Source: Leptolyngbyales cyanobacterium
Lineage (GTDB): Bacteria; Cyanobacteriota; Cyanobacteriia; Leptolyngbyales; Leptolyngbyaceae
Direction: 5' to 3'
Assembly (NCBI GenBank): GCA_038231055.1
Contig: JBBRMC010000001.1
Span: forward strand, 1,983 to 65,982
Length of the DNA: 64,000 nt
The notes under the pieces are model-generated. The model saw only the letters and a program-made list of their open reading frames with translations, ran no database searches and was not told the origin of the DNA. Position numbers and translations under genes: made by a program. Shown piece by piece: positions 29,394 to 40,400 of this stretch. The first letter of the stretch is position 1, and the number at the start of each line of letters is the position of its first letter.

Positions 29394-29583
29394 GTCCTTG
29401 AGCTTAACGCAGGCTCATGCAGGGCGAGATACCTGCCTGGTCTATCGGGTGAACACTGTAACCGAAGATTGGCTACTCTTGAGCGTTGTCGCTTTGAGCC
29501 GCTTCCAGAATTCCTAAGTGCTGTGGACATTTAGCATCATTGAAGCGATGAACTCAATAGACTCGCAATTTTATTGTGACCCA

Positions 29584-29979
29584 CTAAACCTCAAGATGAA
29601 AGGCGTAGCGAATGATCAGCCCGATAGATGAAACGATGATCACTGTGAATGTGAGCATCATGCCGATGATTCGATAGCGAAAGGTCTCTTTAACTTGGCT
29701 GACCCCAACTGCATGGGTGATGCGTCCGATCACGAGGGTGCTGCCCAGGAGGTGAATCCAGAGGCTGGTTTGCGTCTGAATTTCTAAGAAATAGATTAAG
29801 AGGAGTGAAAGCGGGACGTATTCCGCAAAGTTTGCGTGAACGCGGGAGGCTCTCATTAACGTGGGCTGATCTCCATCCCCGATCGCGACCCCTAGTCGCC
29901 TTCTTAGCAAGAGTGTGCGGATACTCAATGCGACGAACATAAAACTGAGAGCCGCTGCATAGATTGGGGTAGTTAGCAT
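29584..29979 (-). CDS. MAPEG family membrane protein
   Basis: RVHANFAEYVP and GRITHA motifs. Confidence 0.85.
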   Translation of the reverse strand: MLTTPIYAAALSFMFVALSIRTLLLRRRLGVAIGDGDQPTLMRASRVHANFAEYVPLSLLLIYFLEIQTQTSLWIHLLGSTLVIGRITHAVGVSQVKETFRYRIIGMMLTFTVIIVSSIGLIIRYAFHLEV

Positions 29980-30045
29980 TATTTGGTTCAGGGGTAGAGT
30001 GTCTTGGCTTGTATCGCCTGTGATTTACGCCTGTGATAGGCAACG

Positions 30046-30630
30046 TTAAAGTTTAGGACGATCCTCCTCACGCTCAACTGCCTGACGTTTGACAGCTTGC
30101 CCGATCGCGTGAATCGCTTCGTCACACCAAGCCACCCACTCCTCTTGATACCGAATGCCACGACGAATGACTAAGTGCATATAGAGATCCTTCATTTCCA
30201 GCGAATCGAGATGCTGGGAAAAATACTCATCTAGTTTTTTGACGTGTTGCACCATTTCAAGGTGTAGGTGTCGCCGCCGTTCAATTTCGCGGATCACACT
30301 CTGAGAGGGAACAAGATGACCCGCCAATCCCATTACGCCTAAGTCTTCACGAATAGCAGCAGGTTCGCAGGGTTTTGCTAACCAATCGAGCAGCTCTTGG
30401 TGCCCTTGATTTGTGATGGAATAGATTTTTTTATCGAGTCGTCCTGGTTGAGGAATCGCCTCATAAGTGACGCTGCCCTGCTGCTCTAGCTTGGTTAGTT
30501 CGGCATAAACTTGCTGCTGACTTGCTTTCCAAAAGCAACTGCCAAACCCTTCAGCAAACTCTTTTGCAACGTCATAGCCGCTCAGAGGCTGACGAGACAG
30601 GAATGCCAGGATGGTGTGCTTGAGTGCCAT
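30046..30630 (-). CDS. PadR family regulator
   Basis: MALKHTIL, SGYD, QQVYAEL and KKIYSIT motifs; start likely 30630. Confidence 0.9.
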   Translation of the reverse strand: MALKHTILAFLSRQPLSGYDVAKEFAEGFGSCFWKASQQQVYAELTKLEQQGSVTYEAIPQPGRLDKKIYSITNQGHQELLDWLAKPCEPAAIREDLGVMGLAGHLVPSQSVIREIERRRHLHLEMVQHVKKLDEYFSQHLDSLEMKDLYMHLVIRRGIRYQEEWVAWCDEAIHAIGQAVKRQAVEREEDRPKL

Positions 30631-30651
30631 AACCAAAACTCTGCTTGACGA

Positions 30652-30703
30652 ATTCAATAGGTTGAGTATACCTTAATTATTGTATTCAAGTTTTTGACTA
30701 CAA
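30652..30703. promoter_or_regulatory. Two TCAA-N4-TTGA palindromes, probable PadR operators
   Basis: ATTCAA-TAGG-TTGAGT (30652-67) and TTGTATTCAA-GTTT-TTGACTACAA (30680-703) in the divergent intergenic region. Confidence 0.6.
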
Positions 30704-30728
30704 GAAATGGAATAAACAAGATCAACCT

Positions 30729-31214
30729 TTGAGGAAACCTATAGTGTCAGAAGAAACCGTGGACAACCCCGGAGTCATTGCATTTCCGCCTGCACTCTTT
30801 GCTGGAACACTGACGATCGGACTCTTACTTCAGTTCGTTTTTCCAGTTCCTTTTCTGCCGCGATTGATCGCGATCGCATCAGCCGTAGTCATGCTGGTCG
30901 GCGCAACTTTGATCGCAATGTCGGCTTTTGGTGCGATGCGCCGCGCCCAGACAGCCGTTAATCCGTCTCAGCCAACGACCGTGATCGTCTCCGACGGAGC
31001 GTTTAGTTTTAGTCGCAACCCAATTTATTTGTCATTAACGATGCTTTACGTCGGCATTGCGCTACTGGTTAACGCACTCTGGGCGTTGTTGCTGCTGTTG
31101 CCACTGGTGGCTGTAGTGCAATACGGCGTGATCAAACGCGAAGAGCATTATTTAGAGCAAAAGTTTGGTGATGACTATCTTCGCTATAAGGCGAGTGTGC
31201 GGCGTTGGATGTGA
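30729..31214 (+). CDS. Isoprenylcysteine carboxyl methyltransferase / PEMT family membrane protein
   Basis: SRNPIYL and EEHYLEQKFG..Y..YK..VRRW motifs. Confidence 0.85.
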   Translation: MRKPIVSEETVDNPGVIAFPPALFAGTLTIGLLLQFVFPVPFLPRLIAIASAVVMLVGATLIAMSAFGAMRRAQTAVNPSQPTTVIVSDGAFSFSRNPIYLSLTMLYVGIALLVNALWALLLLLPLVAVVQYGVIKREEHYLEQKFGDDYLRYKASVRRWM

Positions 31215-31230
31215 AATATGGGAGTCATAC

Positions 31231-32418
31231 ATGAATCAAATGGATTGGGAGAATAGATGGCGATCGCCCTACTTGGGCGCAATGGTTGGAATCGGTTGCC
31301 TCTTGCTAGTGGGTGGCGGAGTTGCTTACCGAGTATGGTTGCGTCCGATTCAGCAGTCGATCGCTGTGGCTACTGCGCCCACGATCGAGATGGTCTCGGC
31401 TCTGGGACGATTGGAGCCAGAGGGCGAAGTCATTCAAGTGTTTGCGCCGACATCCTCCGAGGGTGCGCGAGTGGAAACGCTCAGAGTGAGCCACGGTCAG
31501 CAAATTCGCAAAGGAGAGGTTGTTGCAGTTTTAGATACCTATGCGCGTCGGCAGGCAGCTTTGCAGGAAGCACAAGAGCAGTTGAAAGTCGCTCAAGCTC
31601 GGCTGGAGCAAGTAGAAGCAGGTGCAAAATCAGGAGAGATTCGGGCACAGGCGCGAGTCGTCGATCGCCAACAGGTTGAACTCCAAACTGAAACCATTGC
31701 TCAAGAAGCCACGATCGCTCGTCTGCAAGCCGAACTTCGCAATGCAGAACTCGAAGAGCGGCGCTATCAGACGCTCTATGCCGATGGAGCCGTTTCTGCT
31801 TCGTTGCGCGACGGCAAGCAATTGACCGCTGATACTGTGAGGCAACAACTTAACGAGGCACGAGCGAATCTGAGTCGAATCCAGCAATCGCGACAGAAGC
31901 AGGTGGCTGAGGCGCAAGCGACGCTCGATCAAGTTGCAGAGGTGCGCCCCGTCGATGTGAAGGTGGCACGATCGCAAGTCGCACAAGCACAGGCGAGTAT
32001 GGCGCGGGCACAGGCGGAATTAGATTTGGCAACAGTGCGATCGCCTCAAAATGGACAAGTTCTCAAAATCCACACTCGCCCCGGAGAGTTGGTGGGGACT
32101 CAAGGGGTTATCAGCTTGGGGCAAACCCAGAGAATGGTGGCAGTGGCAGAAGTTTACGAACTGGATGTTAGCCGCATTCGAGCAGGACAGACGGCAACCG
32201 TCACCAGCAAGAACAATGCCTTTTCGGATGTGCTGCGCGGCAAGGTGGTCGAAGTCGGGCTAGAGATCAACAAGCAAGATGTTCTCAATACTGATCCAGC
32301 CGCTCAGTTTGATGCGCGGGTAGTAGAGGTGAAAGTGCTGCTGGATGAGCCATCAAGTCGTCGGGTTGCGGGTTTAACAAATTTGAGTGTTCAAGTTTCA
32401 CTGGATGTCAAATCTTGA
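31231..32418 (+). CDS. devB: DevB-type ABC exporter membrane fusion protein
   Basis: VSALGRLEPEGEV, coiled coil, DARVVEVKV and LTNL.V.V motifs; start likely ATG 31231. Confidence 0.85.
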   Translation: MNQMDWENRWRSPYLGAMVGIGCLLLVGGGVAYRVWLRPIQQSIAVATAPTIEMVSALGRLEPEGEVIQVFAPTSSEGARVETLRVSHGQQIRKGEVVAVLDTYARRQAALQEAQEQLKVAQARLEQVEAGAKSGEIRAQARVVDRQQVELQTETIAQEATIARLQAELRNAELEERRYQTLYADGAVSASLRDGKQLTADTVRQQLNEARANLSRIQQSRQKQVAEAQATLDQVAEVRPVDVKVARSQVAQAQASMARAQAELDLATVRSPQNGQVLKIHTRPGELVGTQGVISLGQTQRMVAVAEVYELDVSRIRAGQTATVTSKNNAFSDVLRGKVVEVGLEINKQDVLNTDPAAQFDARVVEVKVLLDEPSSRRVAGLTNLSVQVSLDVKS

Positions 32419-32427
32419 GGAAATTGC

Positions 32428-33600
32428 ATGACTAAAATGGCGCAGAAAAAGAAACCATTGTTTTTATCCTGGCTTCAGTTACGGAAAGAACGGGCGCGGT
32501 TGATCGTGGCGATCGCTGGCATTAGCTTTGCCGATGTGCTGATGTTTTTGCAAATGGGCTTTCGTGGCGCGTTGTTTAGTAGTGCCGTGGAGTTTCACAA
32601 CAGCCTGAACGGTGAAATTGTCATGTTGAGCGGGCGATCGCGATCGCTGATTTCCCTCGATCGATTTACCGAGCGCCGACTTTATCAGGCAGCAGGCGTA
32701 ACGGGCGTTGCATCGGTCAGTCCGGTCTATCTCAATGCGATTCAGTGGCGCAATCCTGAGAACAAAGAGATTTGGGATATTTACGCGATCGGCATTAACC
32801 CAGAACATCAAGTGATGAATGTTCCTGGCGTAGAAGCCAACCGTGCGAAACTGCGCGAACCCGATACAGTCCTGTTTAATTCAGGCTCTCGTCAAGAATT
32901 TGGAGCGATCGCTCAACGGTTTGAAGCAGGGGAATCCATCACAACCGAAATCAATGAGCGTCAAGTGCAAGTTCGGGGATTGTTCAAACTGAGTCCAACC
33001 TTTGGCATCAATGCTTACCTGGTGACGAGTGATGTTAACTTTCTACGCATGGCTAATTTTCGTCAAGGTGGATTGATTGATGTTGGAGTCATCAAACTAA
33101 AACCGGGTGCAGAGGTTCAAACGGTTTTGGCAGAGTTGCGATCGCGGTTGCCGAATGATGTCAAAGTCATGAATAGAGAGGATTACGCGAAAGCAGAAGT
33201 TGCCTTTTGGAATGCCAGCACGCCTGTAGGCTATACCTTTGATTTGGGTGTCGTCATTGCTTTTATTGTCGGTGCTGTGATTGTCTATCAGATCCTCTAC
33301 AGCGATGTGACGGATCATTTGCCCGAATATGCCACGCTCAAAGCAATGGGGTTTCGCGATCGCTATCTGCTCGTTGTCGTGTTTCAAGAGTCTCTGATTT
33401 TGGCAGCTCTTGGATTCATTCCTGGAACTCTGATCGCCTTGGGCATTTATCGGATCACCAATCTTGCCACCATGCTACCGATGGCGATGGATTTAGGGCG
33501 AATTGTCTTTGTGTTCGTCCTCACCGCCGTCATGAGTTCGTTTTCTGCGGCGATGGCAGTCCGTAAGTTACAAACCGCTGATCCTGCCGATATCTTCTAG
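32428..33600 (+). CDS. devC: DevC-type ABC permease
   Basis: WLQL, GISFADVLMFLQMGF, YQILY.DV..HL.EYATLKAMG and ADPADIF motifs. Confidence 0.9.
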   Translation: MTKMAQKKKPLFLSWLQLRKERARLIVAIAGISFADVLMFLQMGFRGALFSSAVEFHNSLNGEIVMLSGRSRSLISLDRFTERRLYQAAGVTGVASVSPVYLNAIQWRNPENKEIWDIYAIGINPEHQVMNVPGVEANRAKLREPDTVLFNSGSRQEFGAIAQRFEAGESITTEINERQVQVRGLFKLSPTFGINAYLVTSDVNFLRMANFRQGGLIDVGVIKLKPGAEVQTVLAELRSRLPNDVKVMNREDYAKAEVAFWNASTPVGYTFDLGVVIAFIVGAVIVYQILYSDVTDHLPEYATLKAMGFRDRYLLVVVFQESLILAALGFIPGTLIALGIYRITNLATMLPMAMDLGRIVFVFVLTAVMSSFSAAMAVRKLQTADPADIF

Positions 33601-33609
33601 GAGGCAAAT

Positions 33610-34344
33610 ATGTCCAGATCGCGAGAAATGAACACTGTCGTCCCTTCTGAGCCTGCTATCTCCATCACCCATCTCAATCATTACTACGGTCAAGGGTCAC
33701 TCCAAAAACAGGTCTTGTTTGATATTAATCTGCACATCGATCGGGGCGAAATCCTGATTATGACCGGACCATCAGGCTCTGGTAAAACCACATTGTTAAC
33801 GCTCATGGGAAGCTTACGATCGATTCAGAACGGACAGTTAAGCATCTTAGGACACGAATTACTCAATGCCAGCAAAGAGCAAATGACCCTCGCCCGTCGT
33901 GATATTGGCTATATTTTTCAATCGCATAATCTATTGAGCTTCCTCACGGCGTATCAGAATGTTGAGATGGCGTTAGAGATTCATGATGTAACAGTAGCCG
34001 AGGCAGATACTCGGATTCGGGATGTCTTGACCGCTGTGGGCTTGGAGGATCGAATGAGCTACTATCCAAGCGATTTGTCGGGTGGGCAGAAACAGAGGGT
34101 GGCGATCGCTCGTGCTTTGGTGAGTCAACCTAAAATTATTTTGGCAGACGAGCCAACGGCAGCACTTGATAAACAATCGGGTCGCGATGTGGTGGACATC
34201 ATGCAACAATTAGCAAAAGAGCAAGGCAGCACCATTTTGCTTGTCACCCACGACAACCGGATTCTCGATATTGCTGATCGAATCATTTACATGGAAGATG
34301 GATGCTTGGTGAATCATTCTGATGTTACTGCAATTGTTCAATAG
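33610..34344 (+). CDS. devA: DevA-type ABC ATPase
   Basis: GPSGSGKT, LSGGQ, ADEPTAALD and VTHD motifs. Confidence 0.9.
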   Translation: MSRSREMNTVVPSEPAISITHLNHYYGQGSLQKQVLFDINLHIDRGEILIMTGPSGSGKTTLLTLMGSLRSIQNGQLSILGHELLNASKEQMTLARRDIGYIFQSHNLLSFLTAYQNVEMALEIHDVTVAEADTRIRDVLTAVGLEDRMSYYPSDLSGGQKQRVAIARALVSQPKIILADEPTAALDKQSGRDVVDIMQQLAKEQGSTILLVTHDNRILDIADRIIYMEDGCLVNHSDVTAIVQ

Positions 34345-34439
34345 GCTTTGGGTCTATTGTCTCAATAATGCTAAGAATCCTAGAAGGCGCTCAAAGCAAC
34401 ACCGCCTCTCTTCATATAGCTCACAACCCTGTCATCCCG

Positions 34440-37400
34440 TTATCGCTCCTGTTCGTTCGATCGAGCCAGTTTGAGTGAGGTCGGTGGTTGCTTGGCTTGT
34501 TCGCGAAGACGATCCGCTTCTGTGTGAAAGCATTCAAAATCTTCAGCCCCGATCGCCTTCTGAGCAGGTTGAATTTTTCCGCCTTGGTGATCTAATAGCG
34601 TTTGCCCTGCTTTCTTGACCGTGATGCGTTTTTGAGCGCCGTGGTAGGACAGTTGATAATCGGGTTTGCGAGCGGAATATTGGTAAGTCGTCTTGCCGTC
34701 TACCAGAACTGCTGTTCCTTTGTATTTGAGGATCGTCTTTGCGTCTTTGGCAAACTGTTTAAGCTTAGTATGATAGCTCTCTGCATCCTGGTTCAGGTGA
34801 GTCAGTGCCGCCGCTGAGAGCAAAACATCGAGATTCCGAGTGGTTGGGTCTGTAGTTGCGGCTGGCGTTTTTGCTTTGAAGTCTTCAGCTAATGCTTGAA
34901 TCCGATCGAGGTATTTCTGAGAGCGACCGATCTCCCGCGCCTCGAAGTACCATCGCTTAAATTCTTGAAGACAGGGATGATAAGTGTTTGGCTGGGCTGA
35001 CATCTCCGTTGTCTTCGGATTGGGCTGAGTAACTGGTTGGCGCGATTTCACCGAGCTAGTGGTTTCGGAGATTGGTTCTACTTGGGGCTGCGATTCGATC
35101 GGAAAGTGCCACCCGTCGGCTTTTGCCCATGCGCCGAGGGTCGCGATCGTAATCCCGCCATTCTCCTGAAAGCGATTCCAAACATATTCACACTCGCCAG
35201 GTCGATACTTCTGGCTTTGGGCACTCCAGCGATCCCACTCTAAAAATAGATTAGGACTGACGCTGTGTAATGCCATCCCGACTTTTAGCCAGCCCTCGCG
35301 ATCGTCTGCCCGATGAAGCTGTAGTGCGGTCAGATAGCTCAGTGCCCAATCCCGATCTGTCCAATTGACCTGAATGGGAGGGTGAGTAAATGAGGGAGTT
35401 TGCTCAACAGATACAGTTTTTGTTTCAACCAGCATTCGGTCGATCACCCAATTGGGGACTGTGGCAATCTCAGTCTCTTGGGGCGACCTCAACCAGCGAT
35501 ATTGCCCAGTGGTGGGATGTGCGGACGGTGGCAAGACTGACTGCAATCCTTGCCAGCGGAGTTCGACGTGTTCTTTCTTTCCGTCTTCGCCCTTCATGCC
35601 TGTCGCGATTTTGCGAGATTTGATGAGCGACCATAGCTCTTGTGGAACAAGAAATAGATGTTGCGCTCTGCCGACTCGCCCTGACGTGAAGGAAACGGTT
35701 TCAGGCAGGTCGATTCCGCCGGAGAGTTCGAGCATTTTGGCGTGGGCTGAGACTCCATCCAGGTCGATCGCGACAATGCCGCTAGAGATCCTCCCGGTTC
35801 GGAGTCCATAGCCACTTGCACCGTTCCTAATTTCATTGGTTAATTCATCTCTTGATAGTGGAGTCTCCGTTTGCCAACTTGCTCGATAAGATGCTTTATG
35901 AGCATCTACTGGTGTGAGTGCCCAAGCGTTGGGGATGTGTTCGAGTTCTGTGATTAGTTGTGTTTGGAGTTCTGTGAGTGGAGGTTGTGACTGGGCAAGA
36001 AGTGTTTGTGGAAGGTTCATAGTGGCAGTGGTGTAGAGGTCTGCTAATTCTTGATAGACGGCAGCGAAGATTGGTTGGGATTCCTGCAACTGCGCGATCG
36101 TGGAACGTGGATCGGGTTGAGTCAGAATTTCTATGATTTGAGCAGGCTGTAGTAGGCGTTTGAGTTCATCGGATAGGTTCTCCAATCGCGATGCCCAAAA
36201 TGTTTGAGGAGCAGGACTGGTCGTACTTGTGGGAAGGAAGTTGTCTGGTGAGATTAGCTCGATCGAGGCACTTTCTTCTGAAGTTTGTGCTTCAGAGATT
36301 GTTTCAAACGTTGGCTCGACTTCGTAGGATGTTTGATCTGTGGTTACTTCAGAGTTGCTCTCTGCTTCCTGCCCAGAACTCGAAGGAATATCTGCCTGAA
36401 ATGCTTGTTCAAGCGATGAAATCACTTGAGTGTTAACGGGTGGCACAAAGGGAACATAGTCCGCTTTCGCCTCAAACTGGTTTTGCTCAATCAACTGGAG
36501 CGAAGGAAGCTCGATGCCCAGCATATCGCGAGCTTTTTGGCGTTGCTCGAAAGCGGATAGTGAAAGATCTCTAGCATTGAGAAACTGAATCACGGACTCA
36601 ATCCGTTCGGGTGGAACAATGAGGATCATCTTCTTGCCGACTGAGAAGAATTCACCGCCCCCGGCCGCTTTCATTAACTGCTCATCGAGAAAGTATTGTC
36701 CGCCTTCTTCTTTGGCTTTGGGCGTTTGGAGTAGGATGCCGTTCCCGTCCCGTCGGCGTTGCGCCCGGACTATCAGCAGTTCATCTGGGGTTTTGAGCTG
36801 TCCAGTGCGCTGCGTGACCTCAAATAGAAAACGGATGACATCTTGAGAAGCCGTCATCTGGACAGGTTCTCGTTCGAGCGCTTTCTCAATGTCAAATCCA
36901 GGCGGGGTTAGAACACCTTGGCAAGTTGTGCCTTGAGTATTTGTATAGTTGATCATCTTGCCGTGAAACTTCTCGATCGCTCGGAGGGTGTTTCCCGTAA
37001 AAATTTGGCGTTCTTCTCGATTCTTTCGTTGGCGTTGGTCAAAGACTTCATAGATTGGCTCGTCGAAGAAGTCGTATTCTTTGGGAACGACTGAGATGGC
37101 ATTTGAGGCGCTCCAATTCACTTTGGATAACGGAATCGTCAATTCTTTCGCGGGATCGGCTAGGAGGAATTGAATCTTCCAGTTTCCTGGAGCCGTTGGA
37201 TTGCCTTTAGGGTCGGTGTTCCAGACTCGTGCCGTAACTCCGTAAAACACGCTTTCGGTTGCCGTCGCGATTCGGACAGGTGTTCCCGATGGGAAAGAGT
37301 CGAGCGTTTGCCGAACATGGTTCAGTTGTTGATCTAATCGAGTATTGAACTTGTCGATCGCTTTACTCGTTCTCAGTTGCGTCTCGCTTTCTGCTTCACC

Positions 37401-40400
37401 TTGCTTAGGCGGAATTCGGATCTGAAACTTGGCACGATATTCTTCGGTAGAGAGACGCAAAGCTTGAACTTGCTCGGTTGCTCGATCGGTCGCCGCTTGG
37501 GTAATCTGTGGGCGAATCTCGTACAAGTTGAACGACTCACCCACTTCTGGTTGGTCAAGATATCGCCGGACAAAATTGACGGCTTCTTGGGTCGTCAGAG
37601 GCTTTCGTAGGGTTTTGACATCTACCACATCAAGATACACCGGACTCGTAAATTGGCTGGTGATGCCAGCATCTGCAGCAACCACTTCCATTCGAGCGAT
37701 CGTGCGGGCATCAAAATCGAGCGATTGCGCTTCAAGAATGGATTCTCCCATTGCTTCTTGTCGCTCGACATACTCGACATACTCACGCTCAATCAAATCG
37801 TAAAGGGCTTCTTGATCGGCGATCGGTAATAGCGGAATTCTGCCCGTCACTTTGCGAATGGCGGCTTCTGGCTCATCGCCATCATCCAAAAACTTGAGCG
37901 GACTGCCCAACCGAGCGTGTAGCTCAGGATTATTAATCATGATCTCACTCACGACCGCATCTCCATACTCATTCATGAAGTCGGGGACGTTATTTAGCGA
38001 AATGCTGCTTGATCGGGCTGCGGTTGTATTGGCGTTCAGCAATGCCATTTTCTTTGCCAACACTGCACCCGGACGTTTCTCGGCTGGAATATCTGCACAG
38101 AGAAGCGTGTAGCTTGGTAATGTCACTTGCCCATGTCGATGAATCCGTCCTAACATCTGCATAAAGTCATCGATGTTGCGCTCGGCTTGAGCGACGACCA
38201 TGTGGCGTGGACGTTGATCTAGAAACTTCTCAGAGGCGTGAAGTGAAATTCCGGTTGATCCGGCTTGATTGAGTACCATCACATCGAAGCGACCCTGATT
38301 GAAGGCTTTAACGTTCTCGATCGCGGCTCTGGTACTTCGATCTGCTTGTGATCTCGCTTGATAAAATTGCCCACCATCCGGCAGATACTCGACTTGATGC
38401 TCTCGTCCTGTCACTTCACTGACTGGATAGCCCGATTGCTGAAGTCGATTTTCGATGTAGTCGATCGGAGAAATCGGTAGATTTGAAAAATCCGTTTCTT
38501 GAATCCGTCCGATCGCATCCTCAAATGCTGCAATTCCTTCTAAGCCTAACTCTTCATCGCTTAATCGATAGCAGGATGAGCCATCCATCCGAGTGTGATT
38601 GTATTGGCGCACTCCGTAAGCGTCTTTGATGATGACTTCTCTCGATCGCTCCAAATATCGACTCAACATCGCACCAAAATCGAGGTCAAGGGCATCGCCA
38701 GGTTTGATTCCATGTGCAGCCGCATAGTTGCCGATAAAGCTGCCCATTGTATTCGCAACCGTAATCACGGGCTTTTCGCCGTTGCGGAGCAGTTCGAGTG
38801 ACTTTTGAACAGTGGCTTCTGCTTTGAGAGAGAGTAACATCTGATCAATGAGATTGTGCATCAGTGAGGCAAACTCAATGCTTTTTGCGCCTGCTTCTCC
38901 GATCGCAGTATCTCGCTTAAACGCTTTGGCTTCGCGTTTCAATTCTTTATTCATCGCTTTGACCGCCGCCTGTTTGACTCGATCAAAATCCATGATCGAA
39001 CTCATGATCGCAGCGGCATTTTCAGCGACTTCACGATCGACCCCTGTTGCTTCTGCTGTAAAGCGAATTCCTTCGTAGGAGCGTTCTCGTCGAATGTATT
39101 GCCCTTCTTCAGTCAGCATCGTGGCGAGTGCCTGCTGTCCGGGAACGCCCATCTTCTGAATCAGCGATACCAGCGTTTCCATGCGTCCCACTGCCAGCCG
39201 CATATTGGTTTTGCTGTAGAGCGTCATCACCTGCGGATTTTTGGCATAAGTCGCACTGGAATAGAGAACGCCTTGCGATCGCTCAATTAATTCCCTCGTA
39301 AAGTCAGCCCGATTAGACACTTTGCTATCTCCCCGATCGCTGATCGACCCGCCTGCCATGTGACTCTCATCCAGCAGCAAAATCGCATTATTCGCAAATC
39401 GGCGGAGAAAATCTCTGCGCTCTGGTTCTTCTCCGCCCACCGATTGCAGTTGGTAGTAAGTCGTGAAGATGCCGTCATAGCTGCTAAGATTACCCGCTTG
39501 AAGCAGCGATCGCATTTCTTGCTGATGTGTACTTGCGCCTGTACGAAGTTGCCCACCTTCAGGCAGTGGAATGCGAAGGCTTTCATTCGTCATAAAAGGT
39601 TTGAAGTTGCACAAGTCCACATCTGCCAAATCACGCATCATGTCGGCATAGAGATCAGGCTTTTTGGTGATGAAGATCGGCGTTTGCCCAGAGAGTTTGG
39701 CGTACCGGATTAGACTGGCAACGACACGACCTTTCCCCACTCCAGTTTGGTCGCCAATGATGAAGCCGGAACCCTTTTCGATATTGCTGATTGCTAAAGC
39801 AACGGCATCGATTTGTTCTGCCGTCAGGTATTTGTGCAAGTCTTCGGGTGTGCCATACGCCAACTTCTCGGCAACATATTCATCAAGGGAGCCAACTTGC
39901 TTTGCCAGTGAATTTAGAGCGTTGTGGGTCGCGGTTTTCATATTGACCGGAACGAGCGTTCCTGCCGGAGTGCCTTGACTGTGTGGTGTGTACGAAACTT
40001 GTCGTTGAATATCTTGGTCTTGGTCGGACATAACGGTTTCCTCGCTGATGTCTTCAAGAATTGCTAGTACGCCATGTGTTGCAGCCAAACTTCTAGCGGG
40101 GTGTTTTGAATGAGTTGAATGATGTTGGAGTCGTCGATCGCCAAAAGGGGAAAGTCCCAAGTCGCCCTCATCGACATCCGCAGCCGAAGTTCGGGATTTT
40201 GAATCGTGATCGCCTCCGCCCACTGTTGGGAGTCTTCCTCCGGGTCGGGCAGATTCCAAATCTGATGATCGAGGTGTGCCTCGTTCAGATAGCGATGAAT
40301 CATTCGGCAAGCCTGATTCAGATCCGCTTCCTGCTGAATCATCCACTCCACTCGATTCGCCAGTCGTTCCAGGTATTCCTCCCAGTTCTCGATTTGAGCT

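Noticed and set aside
31231-34344. DevBCA as evidence of heterocyst glycolipid export
   Set aside because: DevBCA paralogues are widespread in non-heterocystous cyanobacteria and no hgl genes are present
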